Positions 23,217 to 33,259 of a DNA stretch of 64,000 nucleotides are shown here, in pieces. The notes under the pieces are model-generated. The model had not been told where the DNA came from. It did no database searches and was given only the letters and a program-made list of their open reading frames with translations. This DNA is from an uncultured delta proteobacterium (GTDB lineage: Bacteria > Myxococcota > Myxococcia > Myxococcales > Myxococcaceae): assembly GCA_963771175.1 (NCBI GenBank), contig CAVYSY010000030.1, positions 230,678 through 294,677 on the forward strand. Reading direction: 5' to 3'. Numbering within the stretch: position 1 is the first letter of the stretch; each line of letters opens with the position of its first letter. Made by a program: the position numbers and the translations under genes.

Positions 23217-23340
23217 GCCGGATGGGGGCGCTATTCGGGTTGTTGTTGATGCAGGTGGTTCCCGCAGGAGAGGGTGTCAAAGAATTTGATCGACGTGAAT
23301 TTTGGTCGAGGTCCATGCCCGTGATGTAACCCGGGCTCAT

Positions 23341-26300
23341 ATGCGCTTTCTCTTGCATGTGTGCATCGCGCTGCATGTGCCCTGTCTGCTCCTGGCCTGT
23401 GCCCCGGCTTCGGAGGCTCCACGTGCCCACGCTGGCGGAGAGCCAGAGACGGCCCTGGAGCTGAGCCTCGCGGGAGTGGTCAGCCCGGCCGCCGCGCCCC
23501 CGGGGTGGAGCGCCGCGACCGGCATGGGTTCGCTGCGATACCGGCACACGCTCACCCCGTTGCCCGATGGCAGGGTGCTCGCCACCGGTGGCCATAACGG
23601 CACCAGTGTCGTCGCCACCGCCGAGTTGTACGATCCGGCCTCCGGCACCTGGACCCCCACCGGTTCCATGGCCTCGGCGCGCTACCTGCACACCGCCACC
23701 CTGCTGCCCGATGGCAGGGTGCTCGTCACCGGCGGCCATAACGGTGCCAGTGTCGTCGCCACCGCCGAGCTGTACGACCCGGCTTCCGGCACCTGGAGCG
23801 CCACCGGCTCCATGGCCTCGGTGCGCTACTACGCCACCACCACCTCGCTGCCCGATGGCAGGGTGCTCGTCGCCGGCGGCATCGGCACCGCCGCTCTCGC
23901 CACCGCCGAGCTGTACGACCCGGCTTCCGGCACCTGGAGCGCCACCGGCTCCATGACCTCGGCGCGCCGTTCGCACGCCGCCACCCTGTTGCCCGATGGC
24001 AGGGTGCTCGTCGTCGGTGGCCACAGCGGCACCAGTGTCGTCGCCACCGCCGAGCTGTACGAGCCGGCCTCCGGCACTTGGACCCCCACCGGCTCCATGG
24101 CCTCAGCGCGCTACGAGCACACCGCCCCCCTGCTGCCCGATGGCAGGGTGCTCGTCACCGGCGGCATCGGCACCGCCGCTCTCGCCACCGCCGAGCTGTA
24201 CGACCCGGCTTCCGGCACCTGGAGCGCCACCGGCGCCATGGCCTCGGCGCGCTACTACCACACCGTCACCTCGCTACCCGATGGCAGGGTGCTCGTCACC
24301 GGTGGCTATACCACCGCCGGTCTCGCCACCGCCGAGCTGTACGACCCGGCTTCCGGCACCTGGAGCACTACCGGCTCCATGGCCTCGGCGCGCTACTACG
24401 CCGCCACCACCTCACTGTCCGATGGCAGGGTGCTCGTCGTCGGCGGCAACAACGGCACCGCCGCTCTCGCCACCGCCGAGCTGTACGACCCCGCCGCCAG
24501 CACCTGGACCTCTGCCGGCTCCATGGCCTCGGAGCACGGCTTCTCCACCGCCACCCTGCTCCCCAATGGCCAGGTGCTCGTCGCCGGTGGCACCCCTCAC
24601 GCCGCCGCCGAGCTGTACGACCCCGCCTCCGGTTCCTGGAAGCCCGCTGGCTCCGCGCGCTCGCCGCGCAGCCATCACACCGCCACCCTGCTGCCTCATG
24701 GGCAGGTCCTCGTCACTGGCGGCATCTCGAACTCCACGCTCCTGGCCACCTCCGAGTCGTATGATCCCACCACCGGCTCCTGGGCCTCCCTCGCCCCCCT
24801 GCGCTCGGCGCGTGGCGACCACACCGCCACCTGGCTGCCCGGTGGCAGGGTGCTCGTCACCGGAGGCACCGATGGAACCGGGAGCCTCACCTCCTCCGAG
24901 CTGTACGATCCGGTCTCCGGTTCATGGAACACCACCGGCGCCATGACCTCGCCGCGCTCCCTGCACACCGCCACCCTGCTGCCTGGAGGCAAGGTGCTCG
25001 TCGCGGGCGGAGTCACCGGCTTCAGCACCCTGGCCCTCACCGAGCGGTATGACCCGGCCACCGGCTCCTGGAACGCGAGCAACCCCATGACCTCGCCGCG
25101 CGCCCTGCACACCGCCACCCTGCTGCCGAACGGCAAGGTGCTCGTCACCGGTGGCCACAACGGCACCAGCGCCCTCGCCACCTCCCAACTCTACGACCCG
25201 GCCTCCGGCACCTGGGCGGCCACCGGAGCCCTGTCCACGGCGCGTTTCCGGCACACCGCCACCCTGCTGCCCAATGGCAGGGTGCTCGTCACCGGCGGCG
25301 ACAGCGACTCGGGCCCGCTCGACACCGCCGAGCTGTACGAGCCGCGCTCCGGCACCTGGAAGGTGGTCGCCTCCATGGCCACTCCCCGCCAGGCGCATGA
25401 CGCCGTGCTCCTCCCCTCCGGCCGGCTGCTCGTCCTGGGTGGAGGCTCCGCCACCGCCGAGCTGTACGACGACGTGGGCACACGCGAGGAATGGCGTGCC
25501 AGACCCGATGCGCCAGGTCGCCTGACGCCCGGCAGGTCCTTCACCCTCACCGGTGCCGGGTTCCGCGGTCCCTCGGCCTCCGACTTCCCCCAGCTCTCCC
25601 TGCTGTCCCTCCAGGGAGGTTCGCTCACCCGCTTCTCCTGGAGTCGCTTCTCGGAGACCGAGGTGCTCGCGACCCTTCCCGATGTGGCGTATGGCCATTA
25701 CGTCCTCTTCGTGACGGCCAACGGCATCACCTCGGGCCAGCCCGTCCAGGTCGTGGATGCCGCGCCCCCGGAGACCGCGTTCCTCACCACCCCTGCCATC
25801 GCGACGAAGGAGCAGGCCACTTTCTCCCTGTCCTCGCCCGACACGGACAGCACGGGCTACGAGTGCAGCCTGGATGAGGCCGGTTTCAGCCCCTGCGCCA
25901 GCACTCTCTCCTTCGGGGACCTCGCGGACGGCCCGCACCTCTTCAGGGCCCGAGCCATCGACGCCAGCGGCAACGCGGACCCCACGCCCGCCTCGCACGC
26001 GTGGACCCTCGACACTCAAGCCCCCGAGGCGCCGCGGCTGCTCACCCCCACCGAGGGCGCGTCCGTGCAGCTGCCGGAGGCCGTCGTCACGGGCTCGGCC
26101 GAGCCGGGTAGCACCGTGACGCTCTTCCTCCAGGGACAGGCGGTGGCCACGGTCGTCGCGGACGAGGGCGGCCACTGGAGCGTCACCCTGCAACCGGAGC
26201 TCGCGCCGGGCCGTCGGGAGGTCTCCGCCACGGCCACTGACGCCGTCGGCAACACCAGCCCGTCCTCGCCCCCCGTCCTCATCACCCTCGAGTTGCGGAG

Positions 26301-27279
26301 CAACTACGGCTGGGGCTGCACCAGCCTCCCCGCCTCCCCGATCCCCTGGGCCCTGCTGGCCTCCCTGGGCCTCGTGCTCCAGCGGCGGCGCGCGCGCTCC
26401 CCGCGGCCGTGCTCGCGGTCCCTCCCTCTCGTGCTGGCCCTCCTGTGCGCGGCCCCCGGCGGCGAGGCGCTCGCCGGCTCCCTCGACAGCACCTCCTATC
26501 CGCAGACGAACAACCCCTCCATCCGCCAGGCGGCGCACCTCTACGACGAGCTCGAGTACGAGAAGGCCCTCCAGGCCCTCGATGCGGCGGAGGCCTTCGA
26601 GGGCAACGGCCCCGAGGAGCGGCTCTGGCTCGACCTGATGCGGGGCGTCATCCACCACGGCCTGCAGAACGACCCGGAGGCCGACGCGGCCCTGAGGAAG
26701 GCCCTGTCGCGTAACCCCGCGGCGCAGCTGCCGGTACCCCTGCCGTCGCAGACGCTCCAGGATCGCTTCGAGCGGCTGCGCGGCGAGGTGCGCGAAGCCC
26801 TCGCCCAGGCCGTCGCCAGGGAGGCCCCCCCGGCGGAGCCGCCCACGCGCCTCTGGAGCCTGATGGTGGGCCTGCGCGCGGAAGCGGAGGTGCGGCACTC
26901 CGCCCTCGTCCCCTCCGTGAGCGCGGAGCTGGCCCACGCGCCCGGAACCGGCTCGGGTCCCGGGTGGGGGGGCGCGCTCACCCTCGTCGCCCAACCTTCT
27001 CCCGCGGTGCGCGCGGAGGCCCGCCTCTACCCGTACGACGTCCAGGCGCCGGGCTTCACGTGGATCCGGCCCCAGGTGCTGCTCGGCGCGACCACCTTCC
27101 TTCCGGCGGGCGTCGTGGCCGGGCGGCTCGGGGTGGGTGTCGGCCTGCACACCGGGAACCTCCGCCTCTTCACGGACGTGGCCTACGAGCGTGTCCTCGA
27201 CCCCGCCCAGGGCCACGAACCCAATGCCGTGCTGTTCTCGCTCGGCGTCGGCTGGAGCCCCCGCTCCACGGTCAGATGA
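23341..27279 (+). CDS. Kelch-repeat lipoprotein with Ig-like domains, internal MYXO-CTERM and C-terminal TPR/beta-barrel module
   Basis: Lipobox LLAC; 14 repeats W..TGSM..AR..HTATLLPDGRVLV.GG...AELYDP; Ig-like domains (RAIDASGN, ATDAVGN); YGWGC..TM..RRRAR; second signal-like peptide. Confidence 0.85.
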   Translation: MRFLLHVCIALHVPCLLLACAPASEAPRAHAGGEPETALELSLAGVVSPAAAPPGWSAATGMGSLRYRHTLTPLPDGRVLATGGHNGTSVVATAELYDPASGTWTPTGSMASARYLHTATLLPDGRVLVTGGHNGASVVATAELYDPASGTWSATGSMASVRYYATTTSLPDGRVLVAGGIGTAALATAELYDPASGTWSATGSMTSARRSHAATLLPDGRVLVVGGHSGTSVVATAELYEPASGTWTPTGSMASARYEHTAPLLPDGRVLVTGGIGTAALATAELYDPASGTWSATGAMASARYYHTVTSLPDGRVLVTGGYTTAGLATAELYDPASGTWSTTGSMASARYYAATTSLSDGRVLVVGGNNGTAALATAELYDPAASTWTSAGSMASEHGFSTATLLPNGQVLVAGGTPHAAAELYDPASGSWKPAGSARSPRSHHTATLLPHGQVLVTGGISNSTLLATSESYDPTTGSWASLAPLRSARGDHTATWLPGGRVLVTGGTDGTGSLTSSELYDPVSGSWNTTGAMTSPRSLHTATLLPGGKVLVAGGVTGFSTLALTERYDPATGSWNASNPMTSPRALHTATLLPNGKVLVTGGHNGTSALATSQLYDPASGTWAATGALSTARFRHTATLLPNGRVLVTGGDSDSGPLDTAELYEPRSGTWKVVASMATPRQAHDAVLLPSGRLLVLGGGSATAELYDDVGTREEWRARPDAPGRLTPGRSFTLTGAGFRGPSASDFPQLSLLSLQGGSLTRFSWSRFSETEVLATLPDVAYGHYVLFVTANGITSGQPVQVVDAAPPETAFLTTPAIATKEQATFSLSSPDTDSTGYECSLDEAGFSPCASTLSFGDLADGPHLFRARAIDASGNADPTPASHAWTLDTQAPEAPRLLTPTEGASVQLPEAVVTGSAEPGSTVTLFLQGQAVATVVADEGGHWSVTLQPELAPGRREVSATATDAVGNTSPSSPPVLITLELRSNYGWGCTSLPASPIPWALLASLGLVLQRRRARSPRPCSRSLPLVLALLCAAPGGEALAGSLDSTSYPQTNNPSIRQAAHLYDELEYEKALQALDAAEAFEGNGPEERLWLDLMRGVIHHGLQNDPEADAALRKALSRNPAAQLPVPLPSQTLQDRFERLRGEVREALAQAVAREAPPAEPPTRLWSLMVGLRAEAEVRHSALVPSVSAELAHAPGTGSGPGWGGALTLVAQPSPAVRAEARLYPYDVQAPGFTWIRPQVLLGATTFLPAGVVAGRLGVGVGLHTGNLRLFTDVAYERVLDPAQGHEPNAVLFSLGVGWSPRSTVR
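23506..25470 (+). repeat. Tandem Kelch-coding repeats (about 132-144 bp x14)
   Basis: Recurrent gccaccgccgagctgtacgacccggcttccggcacctgg and cccgatggcagggtgctcgtc. Confidence 0.9.
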
Positions 27280-27300
27280 GCCCGTGCCCGCCCCAGGCGC

Positions 27301-29211
27301 CTACCTGCTCGGCGTCACGAAGAACTTGCACAGCGTGTCGCCGGGCCGCACCTCGCAGGAAGCGGGGTAGGTGCGGTTGGTAGGGGGGTGGAGCAGCTCC
27401 AGCTGGTGCCGGCCCTCGTGGACGGTGACGCTCTTCGGGTCCTTCACCTTCAGACCATCCAGGGTGAGCACGCGCATGTCGTCCGGGCGGCCCCGGATCG
27501 TCACCAGCATCTTCAGGATGGAGAACGACACCTTGCGGCGCTGGCCGGTCCGCACCTCGACCACCTGCTCCTTGTCGAACCGGCCCGCGCGCGTGATGCC
27601 GGACACCTCGACCCGCATCCGCCCCGGCTTGACGGGCAGGGTGAGTGGCGTCCTGCCCACGACCTTGCCGTTGACGCGGACGTGGGCCCGGAGGTTGCTC
27701 TCCACCTCGAGCGTGGCGCTCGCGCCCGCCACGGCTGGAGCGACGGTTTCTTGTGGCTCCTGCTCTTCCGGCTCATCCCCTGGCTCGGCCTCCGCTGGCG
27801 GATCCTCGGCGCCGCTGGCCTCCGGGTTCTCAGCGACCGTGGGGGCCACGGAAGGCGGTGGGGGCTCCACAGTGGGCGGCTGGGGCTCCACGGCGGGCTG
27901 CTGGGGCGCCTGGACATTCGGGGAGGAGACCACCGTTGGAGGCGCCGCGACCCGGACCGCGGACGAGGGCGCGTCCACTGGACGGGGCAGGCTCCACCAG
28001 ATGACCCCGGCCCCCACCAGCAACATCAGCAGGCCCACGGCGATCCGGAGGGGGATCGGAATCGACTTCCCTTCAGTCCGTGGTGGCTCCGCCTGGGAAG
28101 GGCTGGTGGGCTGGCGCGCCACCACCGTCTCCGCTTGGGGCGGGCTGGTGGGCTGACGCGCCACCACCGTCTCCGCCTTCCGGGACCGCGGCTCGGAGGG
28201 CAGGGCGGGCGTCAGCGAGCGCCGGGGAGGCTGCTCCGTGGACGCCACCGGGAGCGAGGGGTTGGAGGCGGCGCGCTCCACCTTCTCTCCCGGAGTCGCG
28301 GAGACGAACTGCTTCACCAGCGCGGCGATCTGCTGGGCACCGACCGGCTTGCCGTGCTCGAAGAGGAAGCGCTCCAGGTCCGCCTGCATCTCCCCGCAGT
28401 TCTGGTAGCGCGCCTCCCGGTCCTTGGCGAGCGCCTTCTCGATGATGGCCACCAGCGTCGCGGGCACGTCGTCGCGCAGCGTCCGCACATCCGTCGGGGC
28501 GTCGTAGAGGACGGACTGGAGCAACAGCACGTCGCTCGAGGCCTCGAAGGGCTTGCGGCCCGCCACCAGCTCGAAGAGCACCACGCCGAGCGCGTAGATG
28601 TCGGTCCGCGAGTCCAGCGGCGTGCCCCGCAGATGCTCGGGGGACATGTAGGCCACCTTGCCCCTGAGGACACCCGCCTGGGTGTGCTGGCTCCCGTTGA
28701 CGGCCTTGGCGATACCGAAGTCCACCACCTTCACGCCGCCGGTCTGCGACACGAGGATGTTGTCCGTGCTGATGTCGCGGTGGATGAGCCCGAGTGGCTC
28801 CCCGGTCTGGGGATCCTCCAGCTCGTGGGCGAAGGCCAGCCCCTCGCAGATGAGGGCGACGATGCGGGCGATCAGCGCGTACGGAATGGGCGTGCCCGAT
28901 TGGAAGGCCCGCCGGGCCAGCATCCGCAGGTTCGGCCCGTCGACATACTCCATCGCGAGGAAGTACTCGCCGTGCTCCTCGCCGAAGTCGAAGATCTGCA
29001 CGATGTTGGCGTGGTTGAGCCGGGCGGCCAGCTTGGCCTCCGCCAGGAACATCTCGACGAAACGGGGATCCTCCGCCAGGTGCGGCAGGATGCGCTTGAC
29101 CACCAGGTCCTTCTCGAACCCCATGGGGCCAGCGGCCTTGGCCAGGAAGACTTCGGCCATGCCTCCGGTGGCGAGTTTCCGGACCAGTTGGTACTTCCCC
29201 ATCTGCTCCAC
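27301..29211 (-). CDS. Ser/Thr protein kinase, TM, PEGA-like extracellular domain
   Basis: [49 protein letters not shown]. Confidence 0.92.
   Translation of the reverse strand: MEQMGKYQLVRKLATGGMAEVFLAKAAGPMGFEKDLVVKRILPHLAEDPRFVEMFLAEAKLAARLNHANIVQIFDFGEEHGEYFLAMEYVDGPNLRMLARRAFQSGTPIPYALIARIVALICEGLAFAHELEDPQTGEPLGLIHRDISTDNILVSQTGGVKVVDFGIAKAVNGSQHTQAGVLRGKVAYMSPEHLRGTPLDSRTDIYALGVVLFELVAGRKPFEASSDVLLLQSVLYDAPTDVRTLRDDVPATLVAIIEKALAKDREARYQNCGEMQADLERFLFEHGKPVGAQQIAALVKQFVSATPGEKVERAASNPSLPVASTEQPPRRSLTPALPSEPRSRKAETVVARQPTSPPQAETVVARQPTSPSQAEPPRTEGKSIPIPLRIAVGLLMLLVGAGVIWWSLPRPVDAPSSAVRVAAPPTVVSSPNVQAPQQPAVEPQPPTVEPPPPSVAPTVAENPEASGAEDPPAEAEPGDEPEEQEPQETVAPAVAGASATLEVESNLRAHVRVNGKVVGRTPLTLPVKPGRMRVEVSGITRAGRFDKEQVVEVRTGQRRKVSFSILKMLVTIRGRPDDMRVLTLDGLKVKDPKSVTVHEGRHQLELLHPPTNRTYPASCEVRPGDTLCKFFVTPSR
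28087..28178 (-). repeat. 42-bp tandem duplication in kinase linker ([14 protein letters not shown] x2)
   Basis: ctccgcctgggaagggctggtgggctggcgcgccaccaccgt followed by a near-identical copy. Confidence 0.85.
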
Positions 29212-29466
29212 CAGAACATCCCCCTGCGCGGCTCGTGGGGCTGACGACCCATGCTCCGCTTCTGGCGCAGTCTCGTAGCAAACGACGCGGAAGGCCAGCA
29301 ATCACGAAACGGGTGGAGGGAGGCGCCGCTGGCCCTGCTGCTGAGCCGGCACGACGGCGTCACCCGCGATGACGGCCCCATGGACGGCGTGCGTTCGACG
29401 CGGAGCATTTTCGCAACGCCTCAGCCCAGGGGCGGGGCGAGCAGCACCACCGAGTAGCCCACCGCC

Positions 29467-29851
29467 GTGCTGGATGCCGCGCTCCCGCGACCCGAGCGCT
29501 TCGACATCCCCACCGCCACCGTGGGACGCCATTCATGCCACGCGGGCCTCGGGCGGCCGGGTCGTGGCCGTGGGCACCACCGTGGTGCGGGCGCTGGAGG
29601 GGCGGGCGGCGCAGGGTGGCGGGTGGCTGGAGCCGGGGGAAGGGGTGACGGACCTCCTCCTCGGCCCTGGCTTCGTGCCGCGCGTGGTGGACGGGTTGCT
29701 GTCCGGGATGCACGAGCCCGGCACCAGCCACTTCACCCTGCTCCAGGCGTTCGCGCCGCCGGAGTTGCTGCGCGCCGCCAGCGTGCTCGCGGAGTCGCGC
29801 GGTTACCTGGGGCACGAGTTCGGGGACTCGTGCCTCATCCTGGAGCCGTGA
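29467..29851 (+). pseudogene. queA: 3' remnant of QueA-family tRNA ribosyltransferase-isomerase
   Basis: PERFDIP, GGRVVAVGTTVVRALE, GMHEPGTSH, YLGHEFGDSCLI; no N-terminal region upstream. Confidence 0.75.
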
Positions 29852-29878
29852 GCCGGGGCGGGCGCCCTGGCTCCATGC

Positions 29879-31218
29879 CTATGGAGTGAGCGCCACTTCG
29901 AAGCCGCGCACACGGAGGGCGGCCGCAGCGACCAGCAGCGAGGACGTGCTCGGCGCGGAGCCGGCATCCAGCCACACCACGGGCGCGGGTCCGTCGGACG
30001 GCCCGAGCCTCCACCTTCATCCAGCCCGGCTTGCGCGCGTCGAAGGCGCGGTAGGCCTCGATGGCGCTCGTCAGCGGCTCGACGTGGGAGAGGACCTCCG
30101 TCGGGTCGCACCGCGCCGCGTCGCGCACCAGCTCCAGCAGGTGGGGATGTACTTGCGGTGGTTGCAGTTGCCCATCGTTGATCGTGAGGTTCTTGTTCAT
30201 CGCCTGGCCGATCGGGAAGGTGCGCATCGTCTGCGGGTACACGCCGATGATGGACAGCGTGCCGGCCTTGGCCAGCGCATCCACCGCCCACAGTCGAGCG
30301 CCTGGGACGGCGCGTCGCCCGGCACGCCAGTTGTCCCCTGCGGGTGCGTCTCCGGCGCCACTTCCTCGAGCTCTCGCTTGAACTCGGCCTTCTCCTTGTC
30401 GCGCCGTCCTGGCGCGCCGGCCCGTGGTGCGGCGTGCATCGGCAGTCCACGCCCACCGCGTCGATGGCCCGGTCCACGCCGATCCCGCCGGTCAGCTCCA
30501 GGATGACCTCCACCGGGTCTTCCTCCTCGAAGTCGATGACCTCGGCCCCCTGCGCTCGTGCCATCTCCAGCCGGTCGGCGTGGCAGTCGACGGCGAAGAT
30601 CGCGCCCGGCGCCCATCAGCATCGCGCTCAGGATGGCGAACTGCCCGACCGGCCCGCAGCCGAAGACCGCCACCGTGTCGCCCGGCTCGATCTCCGCGAT
30701 GTCCGCCCCGAAGTAGCCGGTGGGGAAGATGTCGGAGAGCAGGATGGCCTGGTCGTCCGTCGACGTCGTCGGGCAGCTTGACCAGGCCGACGTTGGCGAA
30801 GGGGACCCGCGCCAACTCCGCCTGCAGCCCGTGGAAGGGCCCGCTGCCTCGGGCCCGCCGAAGAAGGCCGTGCCCGCGCGCTTGCCGTTGGGATTGGCAT
30901 TGTCGCACTGCGAGTAGTAGCCCGCCCGGCAGTAGGAGCAGTAGCCGCAGGCGATGGTCGATGGGATGACCACCCGGTCGCCCACGCGCAGGTTGCGCAC
31001 GTCCTGGCCCGATCTCCTCGACGATGCCGACGCCCTCGTGCCCGAGGATGGTGCCCGGCCCCATGCCCGGCATGGTGCCGCGGACCATGTGCAGGTCGGT
31101 GCCGCAGATGGCGCTCGCGGTCAGTGCGGACGATGGCGTCGGTGGGCTGCTGGATTTCGGGCTCCGGCACGTCGTCCAGCCGGATGTCCCCAATCCCGTG
31201 AAAGACGACTGCCTTCAT
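29879..31218 (-). CDS. Zn-dependent alcohol/formaldehyde dehydrogenase (frameshifted; 3' end approximate)
   Basis: ICGTDLH, LGHEGVG, ACGYCSYC...C, SDIFPTG, GCGPVG. Confidence 0.88.
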
Positions 31219-31349
31219 TGCCGCTCCTTCCCCCCGCGGGGCACCGGGCGGAGCCGCGCCGGTATCGGAATCTCCTCGCTAGGGGTGGGCACGCGCTCCG
31301 TCCGGTGCCAGACGGAGGCGCTTCCTCTCGTGGAGGGCGAGCGGCGGGG

Positions 31350-32852
31350 CTAGCGGCTGACGTGCAGGACGAGGCGCTTGCCGAAGACGCGACGGAAGAG
31401 GAGCGACTCGCGCTCCACGTTCCACAGCTCCAGGTCCACCGGCTGGCGCGCCTTGAGGTGCAGTGTCACCGCCTCGCGGCCATTCACGGCCCGCAGCTCC
31501 TTCACCGGCTGATGGTGGCTGCTGTCCAGCGAGTTGGCCACCCGGAGCAGCGTGGCCAGCTTGCGCACCATGCGGGCCTCGGAGGCGCTCAGCCCCTCCA
31601 TCCCCGAGTGCTTCACCTCCGGCGGGCTGCGCTGGTGGTAGCGCGCCACCCGTGCCACCAGCTCGCGCTCGCGGTCCGCCAGGCCGGGGATGTCGCCGTT
31701 GTGGATGAGGTAATAGGTGTGCTTGTGGTGGCGCTCGTAGCTGACGGCGTTGCCGATGTCGTGCAGCAGCGCCGCCGTCTCCAGGTACGGCCGGCACGAG
31801 AGCGGCAGCTGGTGCAGCGCCGCCAGCTCGTCGAAGAGGGTGAGGGACAGCGTGGCCACCTGGCGCGCGTGCTTTTCGTCGAAGAGGAGCCGCCGCCCCA
31901 TGGACACCGCCGCGTCCGCCAGCGAGTGGTCCTCGCGCGTCTCGTCCTGCCGGTACAGCAGGTCCACCAGGAGGCCGTCGCGCAGGCCCCGGTTGACGGC
32001 CGTGACGCTCTCCACCCCCAGGTATTTCGCCACCCGCTCGAGGATGGTGGCGCCCGCGACGATGATGTCCGCGCGCCTCGGGTCGAAGCGCTTGCGCCGC
32101 CGCTCCGGCGTCATCTCCGACAGCGTCTCCACTGCCTGGGTGAGCTGGCGCACCGTCGCGTGCGCGGTGCCCTCGCTGGCCGCGAAGCCCACCACCGCGT
32201 TGATGGTGCCGGACGAGCCCAGCGCCACCCGGGGCGGGTTGTCGAGCCGCTCGGGCATGCCCTTGTGGAGCTGCTCCTCCACGTAGCTGCGCATCAGCCG
32301 GAGCTGCTTGGGCGTCACCTTCCCGGCCGCTTCGAACATTTCCGTCAGCCGCACCGAGCCCAGCGCGAGGCTCCACAGGTCATCCGGCCGCTCGCCCGTG
32401 GCGAGGGCCACCTCGGTGGAGCCTCCGCCGATGTCCACCAGCAGCGAGCGCGTGTTGGACGGCTTGCGGTGCAGCACGCCCAGGCAGATGAGGCGCGCCT
32501 CCTCCTTGCCGCTCACCACCTCCAGGTTCAGCCCCGCCTCGTCTCGCACCCGCTGGACGATTTCATCGCGGTTCCTCGCGTCGCGCATGGCGCTGGTGGC
32601 CACCGCTCGCACCCGGGCCTTGTGCCGCCGGCACAGCGCCGAATAGCGCCGCAGCGTGGAGAGCAGGCGATCCGCCGTCTCCTCGGGCATCATCCCGCTG
32701 GCGAAGACGCCCTCTCCCGGGCGGATGGGGTCCCTCTCCTGGTGCAGGGTCTCCAGCGAGCCATCGGCGTCGGGCCGGGCCAGCTCCAGGCGGACGGCAT
32801 TGGTGCCCACGTCGATGGCGGCGAGCACGGGCTGTAGGGTCGAGGTGGGCAT
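31350..32852 (-). CDS. ppx: Ppx/GppA exopolyphosphatase with HD domain
   Basis: AIDVGTNAVR, VATSAMRDA, EEARL, DIGGGSTE, ALLHDIG. Confidence 0.92.
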   Translation of the reverse strand: MPTSTLQPVLAAIDVGTNAVRLELARPDADGSLETLHQERDPIRPGEGVFASGMMPEETADRLLSTLRRYSALCRRHKARVRAVATSAMRDARNRDEIVQRVRDEAGLNLEVVSGKEEARLICLGVLHRKPSNTRSLLVDIGGGSTEVALATGERPDDLWSLALGSVRLTEMFEAAGKVTPKQLRLMRSYVEEQLHKGMPERLDNPPRVALGSSGTINAVVGFAASEGTAHATVRQLTQAVETLSEMTPERRRKRFDPRRADIIVAGATILERVAKYLGVESVTAVNRGLRDGLLVDLLYRQDETREDHSLADAAVSMGRRLLFDEKHARQVATLSLTLFDELAALHQLPLSCRPYLETAALLHDIGNAVSYERHHKHTYYLIHNGDIPGLADRERELVARVARYHQRSPPEVKHSGMEGLSASEARMVRKLATLLRVANSLDSSHHQPVKELRAVNGREAVTLHLKARQPVDLELWNVERESLLFRRVFGKRLVLHVSR

Positions 32853-32871
32853 GGGTCTTCCAGAAGCGTGC

Positions 32872-32967
32872 AACCGGGAGCTTCCTCTCTACGAGCGATT
32901 GAAGTTCTTCGCCATCCCGCCCCGGATGCCCCGCCCTCGCGCCAGGTGCCCCAAGGTCACCGGCTGA
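32872..32967 (+). pseudogene. ppk1: Putative collapsed remnant of polyphosphate kinase 1
   Basis: Peptide NREL-PLYERLKFFAI resembles the PPK1 N-terminal motifs NRELSW and PLLERLKFLAI, abutting; divergent from ppx. Confidence 0.55.
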
Positions 32968-33010
32968 GCCGGCACCGCGCCCGCGCGGCGAGAACGCCCG
33001 GAGCTCGCTT

Positions 33011-33075
33011 CACTTCTGGACGTCCAGAAGTGGTGTGCGTTTTTGTGCTACATCACTTCTGGACGTCCAGAAGTG
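33011..33075. repeat. Doublet of perfect 22-bp palindrome CACTTCTGGACGTCCAGAAGTG
   Basis: Copies at 33011-33032 and 33054-33075 separated by a 21-bp T-rich spacer. Confidence 0.95.
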
Positions 33076-33259
33076 GAGCAGTGAAAGGTACGCGCTCCCC
33101 CGGTCGGACGCGTTGGGGCTTCAGGGCCCGAGCGTCGAGCAGGTGACGGATCGGCTTGCCGCGGCGGGTTGCCGGGATTGAGCGCAGGCCCCAACTTGGG
33201 CGACTGCGGCTACCTCATGCGACACCGGGTGCCGCGGGGCGCGAGGGCGGGGAGATGGC

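Noticed and set aside
23506..25470. Kelch repeats as a CRISPR array or DGR template/variable pair
   Set aside because: Repeats are in-frame protein coding; no reverse transcriptase was recognised and variation is not evidently adenine-specific.
24922..27216. Long antisense or alternative-frame ORFs (also 45999-48509, 30954-32837, 27388-29244, 53717-56020)
   Set aside because: Shadow ORFs expected in high-GC DNA opposite or overlapping well-supported genes; low-complexity R/G/A/P-rich translations.
33011..33075. Palindrome doublets as mini-CRISPR arrays
   Set aside because: Only two units per site, very short spacers, perfect loopless palindromes and no cas genes in the window.
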